In this document: positions 26,640-39,366 of the stretch, one piece after another
How positions within the stretch are numbered: the stretch's first letter is position 1
How the letters are laid out: the number at the start of each line of letters is the position of its first letter
NCBI GenBank assembly: GCA_964016885.1
Contig: OZ024743.1
Coordinates: 193,378,001-193,442,000, forward strand
Direction of reading: 5' to 3'
Source of the DNA: Eledone cirrhosa
Lineage: Eukaryota
DNA length: 64,000 nt
The notes under the pieces: generated by a model
The model's input: only the letters and a program-made list of their open reading frames with translations
The model's database searches: none
What the model was told of the DNA's origin: nothing
Program-made: the position numbers and the translations under genes

Positions 26640-27562
26640 ATATATATATATATTAGAAAAGGGAAGTAAGGTTCTATACAAAACAGTGGATATAGAGAAA
26701 AGGTGAAGTTGGAAATAGCGTGGAAAATATATTTTAGGGTCTGTTTTTCTTTTTTTTTATCCTTTCTTTGATTCGTCAAAGTGACATTATTGAAAAAATG
26801 AGAGGGACAATTCTTTAAAAAAAAAGTTTTATAATATATATTTTTGCATACACAAAAACAAAATATAAACAAACGTATTTATTTCATGAAAGCACAGGTG
26901 GCTTATCATCATTGTTACTGCCGATATGCCACCCAAAAAGTTCCAGCCTGGCTGCAAGATCAGATTTTCCAGAAGGAAAAATTTTACTAGAGCAACAGAG
27001 AGACTAAGCTTCGCGATTACCATCAACAAAGCTCAGGGTCAAACCCTAAACGTGGCTGGCCTTCATCTGGGAAAACCATGCTTCTCCCATGGTCAATTGT
27101 ATGTAGGATGCTCTAGGGTGAGCTCGCCAAACAATCTCTTCATCTTTGCTCCCAAGGGCCGAACAAAAAAATATTGTAATTTATGTATTTTCTGTGACTT
27201 GGAATTTCCATTATGGTTGTACAAATTATTGTAAAGTTTGTTAAAAAATGTGTTCTCTGTTCAGCCTTTATTGTTGTAACTCTTTTACCTGTTTCAGCCA
27301 TCTGGCTGAGGCCATGCTGGGGCATCGCCCTTGACTATCAATTTTCAATTATCAATTTTCAATTTCAACTATCAATTTTCTTTAACGTACTGGCTGCTGA
27401 ACTGGGGAATCCTAAAAACTATTCAAACCCAACATCAGAGCACGTTTACCCCCCCCCCCCACACACACATAATATCTCTTTTGCACTGGAGTGGAGGGTC
27501 AATCCTGAAAAAATAAAATGCCGGTATACCTAGCCGGGCGCCAGCCGGACGGGCCAGATACT
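26640..27562 (+). mobile_element. Non-autonomous Helitron carrying a Pif1 helicase C-terminus
   Basis: RLSFAITINKAQGQTL..CFSHGQLYVGCSRV; GC-rich end at 27530-27562; inverted sister copy at 37380-38025. Confidence 0.85.
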
Positions 27563-27721
27563 ATATATATATGTATGTATATATATATTCTGGGAAATAT
27601 CATTTTAACCCTTTTGATACCAACCTGACCAGAACTAGCTCTGGCTTTATGAAACAAAACCACTTATTTTAAAGAGTTCTTATTAAAATTAGAATCTTCT
27701 AACACAGTTGTGGGGCTAGTG

Positions 27722-29160
27722 GGTCAGTGACGTCACGTAAGTGGCTGGGGAGCCTTGCTAGAAGTATAGAGGTCAGTGACGTCACATAGGTGGCTGGAGA
27801 GCCTTGCTAGAAGTATAGGAGTTAGTGACGTCATATAGGTGGCTGGAGAGTCTTGCTAGAAGTATAGGAGTTAGTGACGTTATATAGGTAGCTGGAGAGC
27901 CTTGCTAGAAGTATAGGAGTTAGTGACGTTATATAGGTAGCTGGAGAGCCTTGCTAGAAGTATAGGAGTTAGTGACGTCATATAGGTGGCTGGAGAGCCT
28001 TGCTAGAAGTATAGGAGTTAGTGACGTCATATAGGTGGCTGGAGAGCCTTGCTAGAAGTATAGGAGTTAGTGACGTCATATAGGTGGCTGGAGAGTCTTG
28101 CTAGAAGTATAGAGGTCAGTGATGTCATATAGGTGGCTGGAGAGTCTTGCTAGAAGTATAGAGGTCAGTGATGTCATATAGGTGGCTGGAGAGTCTTGCT
28201 AGAAGTATAGGAGTTAGTGACGTCATATAGGTGGCTGGAGAGTCTTGCTAGAAGTATAGGAGTTAGTGACGTCATATAGGTGGCTGGAGAGCCTTGCTAG
28301 AAGTATAGGAGTTAGTGACGTCATATAGGTGGCTGGAGAGCCTTGCTAGAAGTATAGGAGTTAGTGACGTCATATAGGTGGCTGGAGAGTCTTGCTAGAA
28401 GTATAGGAGTCAGTGATGTCATATAGGTGGCTGGAGTGTCTTGCTAGAAGTATAGAGGTTAGTGATGTCATATAGGTGGCTGGAGAGTCTTGCTAGAAGT
28501 ATAGGAGTTAGTGACGTCATATAGGTGGCTGGAGAGTCTTGCTAGAAGTATAGGAGTTAGTGACGTCATATAGGTGGCTGGAGAGCCTTGCTAGAAGTAT
28601 AGGAGTTAGTGACGTCATATAGGTGGCTGGAGAGTCTTGCTAGAAGTATAGGAGTCAGTGATGTCATATAGGTGGCTGGAGAGTCTTGCTAGAAGTATAG
28701 AGGTCAGTGATGTCATATAGGTGGCTGGAGAGTCTTGCTAGAAGTATAGAGGTCAGTGATGTCATATAGGTGGCTGGAGTGTCTTGCTAGAAGTATAGAG
28801 GTCAGTGATGTCATATAGGTGGCTGGAGTGTCTTGCTAGAAGTATAGAGGTCAGTGATGTCATATAGGTGGCTGGAGAGTCTTGCTAGAAGTATAGAGGT
28901 CAGTGATGTCATATAGGTGGCTGGAGAGTCTTGCTAGAAGTATAGAGGTCAGTGATGTCATATAGGTGGCTGGAGAGTCTTGCTAGAAGTATAGGAGTTA
29001 GTGACGTCATATAGGTGGCTGGAGAGTCTTGCTAGAAGTATAGGAGTTAGTGATGTCACATAGGTGGCTGGAGAGTCTTGCTAGAAGTATAGGAGTTAGT
29101 GATGTCATATAGGTGGCTGGAGAGCCTTGCTAGAAGTATAGGAGTTAGTGACGTCATGTA
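27722..29160. repeat. 49-bp minisatellite, ~30 copies, containing TGACGTCA
   Basis: Unit gttagtgacgtcatataggtggctggagagccttgctagaagtatagga; exact 49-bp period (27727, 27776, ...). Confidence 0.97.
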
Positions 29161-29404
29161 AGCAGGACAACCAGTGTGGTCCTCTTCCCTTTTGGTTGTC
29201 GTGTCAGTAGTATGTGATTACTCTATGAGCTCAGGTACATGTCGCTAGGTTCTGGTCAGAGGTTTGGCAGGTAGGGCTCTCATGGATATATCATATCTAG
29301 ATAGGATCAATGATAAGAGAGGACTCACGAGGTAGGCGAGCTTTGCTTTTTCTCTCACAACAATAGTTTTATGTAAGAACTATATGTTAAGCTACCATCT
29401 TAGT

Positions 29405-29600
29405 AAGGAAGTGGTCGAGCCCATAGCAGTGGAGACTTCTGGTGTCCTTGGCCCTAGGACCACCGCCCTACTCCACACCATCAGCACGGAGTTGGCTACC
29501 TGCAGATGTGAGCCTCGTGAGCTGGAATGGCTCTTCCAATGCATCTCCTTCACCATCCTCCTGGGAAACGCCTTCTCTATTCTGTTCATCAGGGCTGCAG
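29405..29600 (+). mobile_element. CRE-like RLE C-terminal fragment
   Basis: EPIAVETSGVLGP...WLFQCISFTILLGNAFSIL. Confidence 0.72.
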
Positions 29601-29992
29601 GGCAGCCAGCACGTGGGTCCCCATTTGCTTATAATAGCGAGAGAGACAGAGTGTTCAATGACCAAACTGCTTGAAACTACTCCTTTCTACAATACAAAGC
29701 TGTTTATTTTAACATATATACACATTTAAGTTACAAGGTGAATGAATTTTTAGTAAAACCCTTAATTGAAATAGACTGTATTTCATTAAAAACACAGTCA
29801 CGAAAGTGTTAACTATAAATATATATTAATACTTGTTTCAAATTAAGAAGTCCTCAAATTTCTCTTCGTCTCCACTGGTTATGTTAAGCAATTTGTTTTT
29901 TGTTAACTAATTTTAAAAAAATTACTCTTTAATTATTCATATTCTCTTCTTTGCATTCATTTTTTAATTTTCAGTTGTTTTAAATCTTCAAG

Positions 29993-30040
29993 ATGGTCAA
30001 AAAAGGGAAGAAAGAAGAGAAGCCTCCAGCGGAAGATGTT
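29993..30040 (+). CDS. ARMC3: Armadillo repeat-containing protein 3, first coding exon (MVKKGKKEEKPPAEDV)
   Basis: Acceptor tttcag at 29974, ATG 29993, donor GTATGT; resembles the recalled human N-terminus MGKKIKKEVEPPPKDV; joins FDPL in phase 0. Confidence 0.88.
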
Positions 30041-30201
30041 GTATGTAGATTTTAATTTTGAATTTTTGTCTTTAATTAATTTTCTATGCATCTTATCCCA
30101 CTTTTAAAATGAAAACTAAATTTTTTTTTTTAGAAAACTATAAGTTTAGGTTAAACTCTTTCATTGCCATATTTGTGATAAAATAATCTTTCATTGCCAT
30201 A

Positions 30202-30794
30202 TCTATATATATAAAACTGAGGATGTCTGTCTGTTTGTGTGTGAGTTCGAATCCCTAAAACTCGAGAACCACCAAACCGACTGTTTTCAAACTTTACACA
30301 TGTAATACTTATGTTTCAAGGAGTGTTCTGAGCAAAAAAATCTTTCAAATTTTCAATGCCCTATAGACCGTATTAGGCGATTTAGCGATCTCGCTCTATA
30401 ATTCTTAGTCTTTCTCTTTTTAGATAGATACATACATATAAGGTCACGCCCTCATAATATCTGTCTGTATGTCTGGCTGTATGCATTACGTCACTTCCCT
30501 GAGGGTGTGTGTGTGAGTTTGAATCCTTAAAACTCGAGAAGTACCCAACCGATTTTTTTCAAACTTTAGCTATGTATTACTTATGTTTCATTACTTATGC
30601 ACATAAAAAATTCAACTTTTTTTTTTATCTCCTAGATTTTTATCAACTATGTATTAGTCAGTCTCTTCTTCATACCGTAAGCAAAGAAAATCCAACATTC
30701 TTATGGCCTAGAGCCCGCATTAGGTGAAAAACTTCATTTTTTCAGCTTCTTAGGGCTTTTTGGAGGCGTTACTTCTAGCCGATTTTCCTGCTAG
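30202..30794 (+). mobile_element. Non-autonomous Helitron (TC...CTAG) inserted at A|T in a 30-bp tandem repeat
   Basis: Starts TCTATATATATAAAACTGAGG, ends ctgCTAG; flanks rejoin as ctttcattgccata|tttatgataaaataat; no TSD. Confidence 0.85.
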
Positions 30795-30931
30795 TTTATG
30801 ATAAAATAATCTTTCATTGCCATATTTATGATAAAATAATCTTTCATTGCCATATTTGTGATAAAATATACATACACCTACATACGCATATACATACATA
30901 TATACACACATACACATACACACACATATAT

Positions 30932-31206
30932 ATACTATAAGGATAAGGAACAAGGATCCAGTGTTGCATCATAACATATTTAATAACATATTACATATGT
31001 TTCACTATCGATCATCTCGAGGCAAGACCTATTATAGATCGAACCTGACTCATATACCAAGCATATCTGACGACCTTTCGATTACAGAGTCAGGTTCGAT
31101 CTATAATAGGTCCTGCCTCGAGCTGATCAATAGTCAAACATATGTAATATGTCATTAAATACGTTATGATGCAACACTGAATCCTTGTTCCTTATCCTTA
31201 TAGTAT
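30932..31206. repeat. Fold-back element: ~120-bp arms, 35-bp loop
   Basis: 30932-31051 is the reverse complement of 31087-31206 with few mismatches. Confidence 0.92.
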
Positions 31207-31749
31207 TATACTCTGCTATGTGCGAGCATTGAGTGCTCAACTGGCATACCGCCTACAAACGCATTTTTCATGCAACCGTGTCACCCATAGTTAATGTCTC
31301 CCCCCCCCCTATTGGAGAAAATCGATTGTTTTTCTTTAATTTTCATCTGTGATTTTGTTTTACACGTTTTTATTGAATGTAAACTTCCCCCATTGTACTT
31401 GTCCCCTTCTTTTGTGCCCTTGTGGCTAATAAAGAAATATATATATACTAGCTGAGGTACCCAGCTTCACCAAGGTTAACAAATGATATGAGAAGATCGG
31501 CAGAAGAGAAAACGTCTGTATTGAATGTATTGTCTTGTTTTCCCCTTTAGTGTTCAAACCGCCCGAAATCGCCCGATAACACCCACACTAAAAAAAAATC
31601 GTTCTAAAAATAAACAAACAATCATCAAAATCAGGTCAATTCGAGATTACTGCGAGATTAGACCATTACCGCAAAAATTAACACTTAATATAGTGAAACA
31701 ACAAATGTTTTTTTAACTTTGAAAGTACAACATGGATTTTTTATTCAAC

Positions 31750-32935
31750 ATGGCTTATGAAAGTAGCGATACCGACTTTGAAGGTTTTACACATGACGAC
31801 ATTCAGAATAAACAAGAAACAAACGATAATATTAGTGATTTATCTTCAAATGAATCTGATGTTTTTATTTCTGAAATTTCGTCCAACGATGATTGTTTTG
31901 AAAGTGAAAACGAAGGAGATCTCCAGGGCACCATTGAAAATATTACAGCAATGTGGTTGAAAAATACCACACTAATATATGTTCCCGATTTTATTCAAAA
32001 TACTGGTCCACAACACACATTAGCTCCCGATGCTAAAGCACTGGATTATTTCTTTTTGTTTTTACCACAAACTTTCTTCGAAGTTGTGGCAGAAGAGATT
32101 AATTGATATGCCCAACAACAGATTTCAAATCGAGGAAAACCCGATCTGTTTGGCGACCGACAGATGCTGCGGAAATGCAAGCATTTTTTACCGTAAATAT
32201 TATGTTCGGTATAAAACAATTTCCAAGACTGTGGAATTACTGGAACACTGATATAAGGTTTAGTGATCCTTATATATGAAATACTAGCAGTGGTACCAGG
32301 CGTTTCATGGGATAAGGTATTGTGAAATATATAACCGCCTTAGCTAAGCTTAGTATTGCCACAACCACGGCTGGCAAAGAAGTAAGGGTCTGGTGGTACT
32401 AAGTAAGCAACACTGTGGCTTAAAATGTGAGGAAGAAGTTGTGTGCACTTACCAACTGTTTGGGGAATGAGTGTGAGATTTGTCTTGAGCAAGGGTGGCA
32501 GAATAACCGGAGGCAGCAGACAGCCAGACATACAGACAGATATTATAAGGGCGTGTTCTGGACGTAGAGCGAATTGTAGGAAGTGATGTAAGGCAGACAG
32601 CCAGACATACAGACAGATATTATAAGGGCGCGACGTTATATGTATGTATCTATCTAAAAAGAGAAAGACTAAGAATTATAGAGAGAGATCGCTAAATCGC
32701 CTAATGCGGTCCCTAGGGCATTGAAAATTTGAAATTTTTTTGCTCAGAACACTTCCTGAAACATAAGTATTACATGTGTAGAGTTTGAAAACAGTCGGTT
32801 GGGTGCTTCTCTAGTTTTAGGGATTCAAACTCACACACACAGACAGACATCCTCAGTTTTCTATATATAGATTATGCCGAAAACAATGTATTTATTATTA
32901 AACCAGTATTTGCACCTGGTTGATACTTCGAATGC
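31750..32935 (+). pseudogene. piggyBac-like transposase N-terminal remnant split by a Helitron
   Basis: SSDTDFEGF, ALDYFFLF, EIN*YA, EMQAFF, NYWNTD; resumes after 32871 as IMPKTMYLLLNQYLHL. Confidence 0.8.
32284..32871 (-). mobile_element. Non-autonomous Helitron with the same 5' end as 30202-30794
   Basis: - strand TCTATATATAGAAAACTGAGG start; hairpin-CTAG end; A|T insertion without TSD. Confidence 0.87.
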
Positions 32936-33109
32936 CCCTATTAATTAATTTCACCTGCCCATAAAAGTCAAATTTGTCAAGTAAAATTATATAATTGTAA
33001 ATTATTGATATTTAAACATCTGACAAAATTTCACGCCTCCACATAGAAAATTAAGAAAATTACAAACAAATAAAATTGATAACCCTCTTGAGTATGATTA
33101 ACTGAAAAT

Positions 33110-33278
33110 AATTGTTTCTACTTTTGACACAAGGCCAGTACATTACTGGTACTTTATTTTATTGACCCCGTAAGGATGAAAGGCAAAGTTAACCTCGGCG
33201 GGATTTGAACTCAGAATGGCAAGAGCCGTAACTCTATGCATCAAAGCATCGCGGCCGACCCTTTATCGTTACTGCCAA
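33110..33278 (-). mobile_element. tRNA-derived SINE
   Basis: Family core and B box present. Confidence 0.85.
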
Positions 33279-33349
33279 AATGCGAACAGATAAGCATGAC
33301 GTTTGAAAATTAATGCGAATGCTAAAAATGGTTACAGTGTGTGTGTGTA

Positions 33350-33382
<33 letters not shown>

Positions 33383-33422
33383 TGTGTGTGTATGTTTGTG
33401 TGTGTTTGTGTATATATATATA

Positions 33423-35908
33423 CTAGCAGAAGTACCCGGCGTCGCCCGGGTGTAAGTCGACCTTTGGTCTGTTAGAATGTGTGAAAGTTACTTCCCGCGC
33501 ATCACAGGTTCAAAACTTCGAACTTCAATGGAAAAAAATAGGTTAGTAGACACAGGTGTGTAATTTATTAATTGTAGTTACACAGTGTATCGTTGAAATT
33601 GTTCTCTGCATGACTGACGGAAGTCAAAATCGCTTGATATTGAATGTTCAGTTAATTTAAAGCAGGGTGAAAATGTCGATTACTTTCAGGTTTTTTTTTT
33701 TTTTTACAATTTTTGCGCTCACATGTGCAGAAGAAGAATTAAAAGGGCCTTTATCTTAACCGCGGCATAATGGCGAGTCTTTTGTGACAGTTTTCAAGAA
33801 TATAGGACGTTCCTGTAAAAAGTTTTCCCATGTGTAACTTTACCTTGTTTTTTTGCGCAAAGTCGAGCCCCGCTTCAGTTTTATTGATTTTTTACATCAA
33901 TGCGTGATCTCTGAAGTAGATTTGAGTAGCTAAAAACCTGTCCCGGTAAATTTGCTATAGGTGAAAAAAAGTTGATCAAAATTGTATCTAGGGTTATTGC
34001 CCTTTGCCACAGCCTCAAGCCTCGTCTGACGGGATGTTGGTGATTCCTCCGTCAGCGCTTGTTGGCGACGAAGGCGAACATCAGCAAGCCTTGTCGTACG
34101 AGATGTTGGTGACTCAACCAGCCGGGAAAGACGTCTATCAGCGAGTCGAGATTCGCGCTCAGCAGGTGTTTCCTAGAGAAAATTAATTAATTCTACTGGT
34201 TAGCTAAGCCAATGGCAGTGTCAATAGTAAATGAGAAAAGTCTAACATGAACAAAAGGGAATCAAGGTAAGACAATAAATTTAATATAACTACGATTAGA
34301 ATGTTGTAGTTGCTTAAAAGTGGTGACAGTTAGGATAAACGCAGTACTTGCTAACATTAAGGGAGAATATTGCATAAAGGATTAATCAATTGTGAATGAA
34401 CTCATACCCGAGAACGCCTAATTCGTTGTCTCAAAGCAATAGCTGTACCTTTTTTGGAGGTAAGTCTTGAACGTTTCCGTGTGGGCATAACGACATGTAA
34501 CGAAGCTGTTAGGTTAGAGAGAGGTGATTAAATACAGAGAGAGATGACACCAGATTCGTTAGCATGGTTACTGGTGAATGGGAAGGTTTGGAAATATGAT
34601 TACAATAACTTACAGAATTTTCCCGTCTATAAATTGCACTTAAAATAATTAAATTTAATAAAAAAACAGCTCTGCGCTTTATACTCCGGTGAGCCTTATG
34701 TATAAATAATACAATGGTAATCAATCACGGCTCTAACAGAAGTAATAGATCTAGACTAAAAGTAAAGAAGATAGCATTTTCTGGTTGGCCTTACACGCCG
34801 TTGCGCGGACCTGATTTTAAATGATACGCCTTATATCCTGGTGAGCCTTATAGAGCGGAAAATATCTATTGGAAAAGAATACGAATTCATGACCAAGGTG
34901 TGACAAAATAGGCGTCTATACAGCGCCTGAAACAAACTTGTCCAAAACCCTAGGATTTTTCTCGTTAAGTATCCACCCAAAAGGAACCGTTTTTTAGTTA
35001 CAAAAAATAACCATCATGCCAAAAAGAACAATATATTAAAAAAATGTTCTAAAGTACATTCAATCTCTCTTTTTGACCGATATCTTAATAAGCAAGTTAT
35101 CGAGTTTTTATTGGCTGTCAGTGTCTATCTGCATGCAGGTGTGCACGTGTGCGCAATTAATTGCAAATACGCTCATAACATTTAGTCGTAAGCAGAACAA
35201 AAAATGCCATTAGAGGTGGGCTAATAATGAAGACACAAACCCTAGTGAACTTACGTTTAAACACCCGAAAAGTTACTCACTTTCTGTGCAAAAGACTATT
35301 ATAAATTAAGTAATTTTTTAGAATCTTTTGTTTAAAAAAGGAAAACATTGGTACGACGTAAATTTTTTTAATTGTATTGTATGTGTACAACACAACTTGG
35401 TCAACGTATAATTTAGTAATTTTTTTTTCAAAAAGCATGATTATTTAAGACTGTTTGAAAATTTACTCACAGCTTTTAGGTTCACAAAAGACACCATTAA
35501 ATTTGGTTCCCTTTTCAGATAGGGATAATACTGTATTTCCACTTGAATAAGGTGGAATATGAAAATAAACTCTTTAATGGTCGGTCGTTTACTGAGACAG
35601 CTGGGAAGACATGCAGCTGGCCGTCCAATCAATAACGCACGTCCTTATATGGGCATATGAAATTTATTTTTATTGCGCCAGATGTAAACTAAGAGTTCTT
35701 GTGTTCGAATTCACATAAGATTTCATTGGAATCGAAAAACATTCTGTCATAGGGCCCGATTATCGATTTTTCGAAAATTTCAAGTAGCCTATTCCACTCT
35801 ACGCGTTGAGTTTTATATATGTGTGAGGTTTCATGAAAATTGGATGAACGGTGTAGCAGGCAAGTTCGGTACACTAAACAATGTCCATCTTCCCTTTCTA
35901 TATATAGA
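33423..35908 (-). mobile_element. ~2.5-kb non-autonomous Helitron
   Basis: - strand start TCTATATATAGAAAGGG; end acccgggcgacgccgggtacttctgCTAG. Confidence 0.75.
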
Positions 35909-36769
35909 TGTGTGTGTGTGTATATATATGTGTGTGTGTGTGTGAGTGTTCGTGTGTGCGTGTGTGTGTGTGTGTGTAAACCACCGTTGGAACCGGAGAC
36001 ATAGGCCGCGAAACACGATCATCATTGACAACGAACTCGCAGAGAGAATCCTTATGGTTGATTCCCAACCTGCTAGAAATAGCAGTCAGGTTGGTTAGCA
36101 TACGTGGTATGTCTTTCTTCTTCTTTGGTGTTATAAAATTAGTATCAATAAACTTTCCTGGATATACTCTTATCCCAATCCTGTACATACTTTCCGATTG
36201 TCACTTTTCGTTTTTTTTCGTGTGATACGCGAAGGAACCAACCAACAAACATTTTATATTATGTATAGGTTACTATATCTCTTTTATTTGTTCATTCAAC
36301 ATATTTTTCAGCTAATTCTGTCGTACAATATACATCAGCAATCGTTATCTAATGTTTAAAACATATGAATAAATGCGATATATGCACCATATCAATCAAA
36401 AACGATATGAGAATTGAATACCATACTAAAGTGCCAGTAAGCTTGCTAAGAACCTGCAGATAGAAATGTTAATAAATACAACATTTGGCTTGAGTAAACT
36501 TTAAGATGTTCTTTCATTGTAGGTTTCTTTTCTCCGTCTCTCCTTCTTTATTTCTCTCTCCCCCCCCCCTCTCTCTCTCTATATATATATACATATATAT
36601 ATATATACATTTAGAAACACACAGATACACGCGGACACACACATATATACATGAATGCATCCGCACCCAACTGTGAGTTAAGGGTGCCAACTTCACCGAT
36701 GTTGCTCAATGAATGACTGGGACAGACCAATTCAGTTTGAACCAGACTGAACCAGTATCAGAGTTAAAA

Positions 36770-37342
36770 ATACATTATGAAGAGAGAAGAAACATTTAGA
36801 TATAATTAGTAATAAAATGTATCATACCTAAACTGTTCCTAAATTCCTCGACTACGTAGTTTCGTGGCATAAACAAAAACAATATATCAAAGATATAGAG
36901 TCCTTGCGAGGTCTGCCGACTTATCAAGAGGATACCTCATTTTACTAGTCTCAAGAACGCGTCCACACGACGTGAGAAAGAATCCCAAAAGGCGGAGGGC
37001 GAGATAGTCACGCGATATAACGGTCGAGAAACAGTGCTAAGCCTCTTATAACCACGAAAAAAATACCACGGAGGCGGAGGGGGTATTCATATCGAGGCCG
37101 TAGAAGAGGTAGTGAAGAAGGCGAGAAGTATGAGTAATGGAAGCTTTCCAGTTGTCCCCACACTTCAAAGATTGCTCGACCAGAGGGAGTTATTAATACA
37201 TTTAGAAACACACAGATACACGCGGATACACACATATATACATGTTTATGCCACGAAACTACGTAGTCGAGGAATTTAGGAACAGTTTAGGTATGATACA
37301 TTTTATTACTAATTATATCTAAATGTTTCTTCTCTCTTCATA

Positions 37343-37348
<6 letters not shown>
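36770..37348. mobile_element. Penelope-like terminal repeat relic with ~105-bp inverted repeat
   Basis: 36770-36875 is the reverse complement of 37243-37348; carries the hammerhead; 47-bp direct repeat at 36606-36652 and 37196-37243. Confidence 0.7.
36845..36932 (-). ncRNA. Type I hammerhead ribozyme motif, U3-A8 variant
   Basis: UCCUC-UUGAUAA-GUcGGCA...UGCCAC-GAAA-CUacguAG-UC^GAGGA; stems I, II and III all pair. Confidence 0.8.
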
Positions 37349-37379
<31 letters not shown>

Positions 37380-37382
<3 letters not shown>

Positions 37383-38025
37383 CTAGGTTTACCGGCATTT
37401 TATCTTTTCAGGAATCCCGCCTCCACTCCAGTGCAAAGATACTGCACGCCCTCTCAAGTGTGTGTGTGTGTGTGGGGGGGGGGGGGGTTACGTGCTCTGA
37501 TGTTGGGTTTGAATAGTTTTTAGGATTCCCCAGTTCAGCAGCCAGTGCGTTAAAGAAAATTGATAGTTACAACAATAAAGGCTGAACAGAGAACACATTT
37601 TTAAACAAACTTTACAATAATTTGTACAACCATAAGGGAAATTCCAAGTCACAGAAAATACATAAATTACAATATTTTTTGTTCGTCCCCCAGGAGCAAA
37701 GATGAAGAGATTGTTTGGCGAGCCCACCCTAGAGCATCCTACATACAACTGACCATGGGAGAAGCATGGTTTTCCAGACGAAGGCCAGCCACGTTTAGGG
37801 TTCGATCCTAAGCTTTGTTGATGGTAATCGCGAAGCTTAGTCTCTCTGTTGCTCTAGTAAAATGTTTCCTTCTGGAAAATCTGATCTTGCAGCCAGGCTG
37901 GAACGTTTTGGGTGGCATATCGGCAGTAACAATAACGATAAGTCGTCTGTGCTTTCGTGAAATAAATACGTTTGTTTATATTTTGTTTTTGTGTATGCAA
38001 AAATATCTGTACACGAATATATAAT
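37380..38025 (-). mobile_element. Non-autonomous Helitron helicase-tail copy
   Basis: Reverse complement of ~26830-27530 (FSHGQLYVGCSRVGSP). Confidence 0.85.
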
Positions 38026-38424
38026 TATATATATATATATATATTAAAATAAGAGATTTAAGTTTAAGCAAAGAATCGCTGCTTTCACCCTTAACGGGAT
38101 CTTATGAAACTAAAAAAATCAATCTGTGAATGCAGAAGAAAATAAAATTGTTTGAAAAACATTGCAACCGAAAGAAAACAGGAAGATGATACTTTGGTTT
38201 GTGAAGACGTTAGGAATGTCATATAACCGGAAGTGTTGACATTTGAAAATTTTAAAGAAGTGAATATTTAAATAATGTCTTTAATCTTTTAACAAAATTC
38301 AGTAGACGAAAATACCCTCACATTTTTACTTGGAAAAAGTTACATCTATGGTGCAAATTTGGTGCTGTTTTGTCCAGCCATTTGGCGGAAAGTTTGTTAC
38401 CTACATACGGCCGTCAGCTTTATA

Positions 38425-38503
<79 letters not shown>

Positions 38504-38542
38504 AAATATAAAACAATCAAAATTTTGCTCAATACATTTAAT

Positions 38543-38634
38543 TGCTGACGATCGTTTCTTCCAGACAACTGTCCGGATCCATTGGAGCATACACAATGTT
38601 TAAACAAGTAATTATACTCCTAGCCTTCAGAACA
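38543..38634 (-). ncRNA. Degenerate hammerhead-like motif in a PLE 3' region
   Basis: UGUU-CUGAAGG-(long stem II)-GAAA-CgaucG-UC^AGCA; position 9 and the stem II base are non-consensus. Confidence 0.5.
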
Positions 38635-39366
38635 TTCATAAAGATACATTACTATTGACAGTGTCAGTGACATCATATTGAAAAGCAAGAGTGACAAAAT
38701 GATATGTTATACAGATATCAACGTATTAGGAGCTGTTGTGAGGAGGTTATTACATAAAGTGAAAATAGTGAGCATATTATATAGAAAGTTATTCATAAAG
38801 GTAATTCAGGTGCAAAAAGATGGTACAGAAGAAAGATAAAAGATATCATAGCATTGAAAAGTGTAATAGTAAGGATATATGAAGCAAAATATATAGAATA
38901 TTAATAGACATGCGTGAGGTATGTGATATTCATAAGGGGAGTTAATAACAAAAGGGAGGTAATTAAGGAAGTATTACAGGTTTACAGTAGATAAAACATT
39001 TTGTTATTTAAATCATTTATTAGTTAATAATAGCCCTATCAATTAATAAAGACCTTATCCTATCAAGATCTATATACAATTAATCAGTTTATCAATTAAT
39101 ATACTTGTTTATTATATATTTATTTATTAATTTTATTAATATAAAATATTTTTTATTATTATAATTCTTAAATACTATTCCTAATTAAACAAAGAATTAT
39201 AATCTATTAATATTTATTGATATAGAGAGGGGGTAGTTTTATTATAAAATTATTGTTAATTATCTATTAAAATTATCATTCATTAATGCTGTTATAAATT
39301 AACATTTATAAATTATAAATTATTATTAATTATTTATCAATTATATATAAAAAAATTATCTATTCA

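Noticed and set aside
27722-29160. CRISPR-like appearance of the regular arrays (also 13513-14250)
   Set aside because: Head-to-tail units with no unique spacers; eukaryotic context; no cas genes
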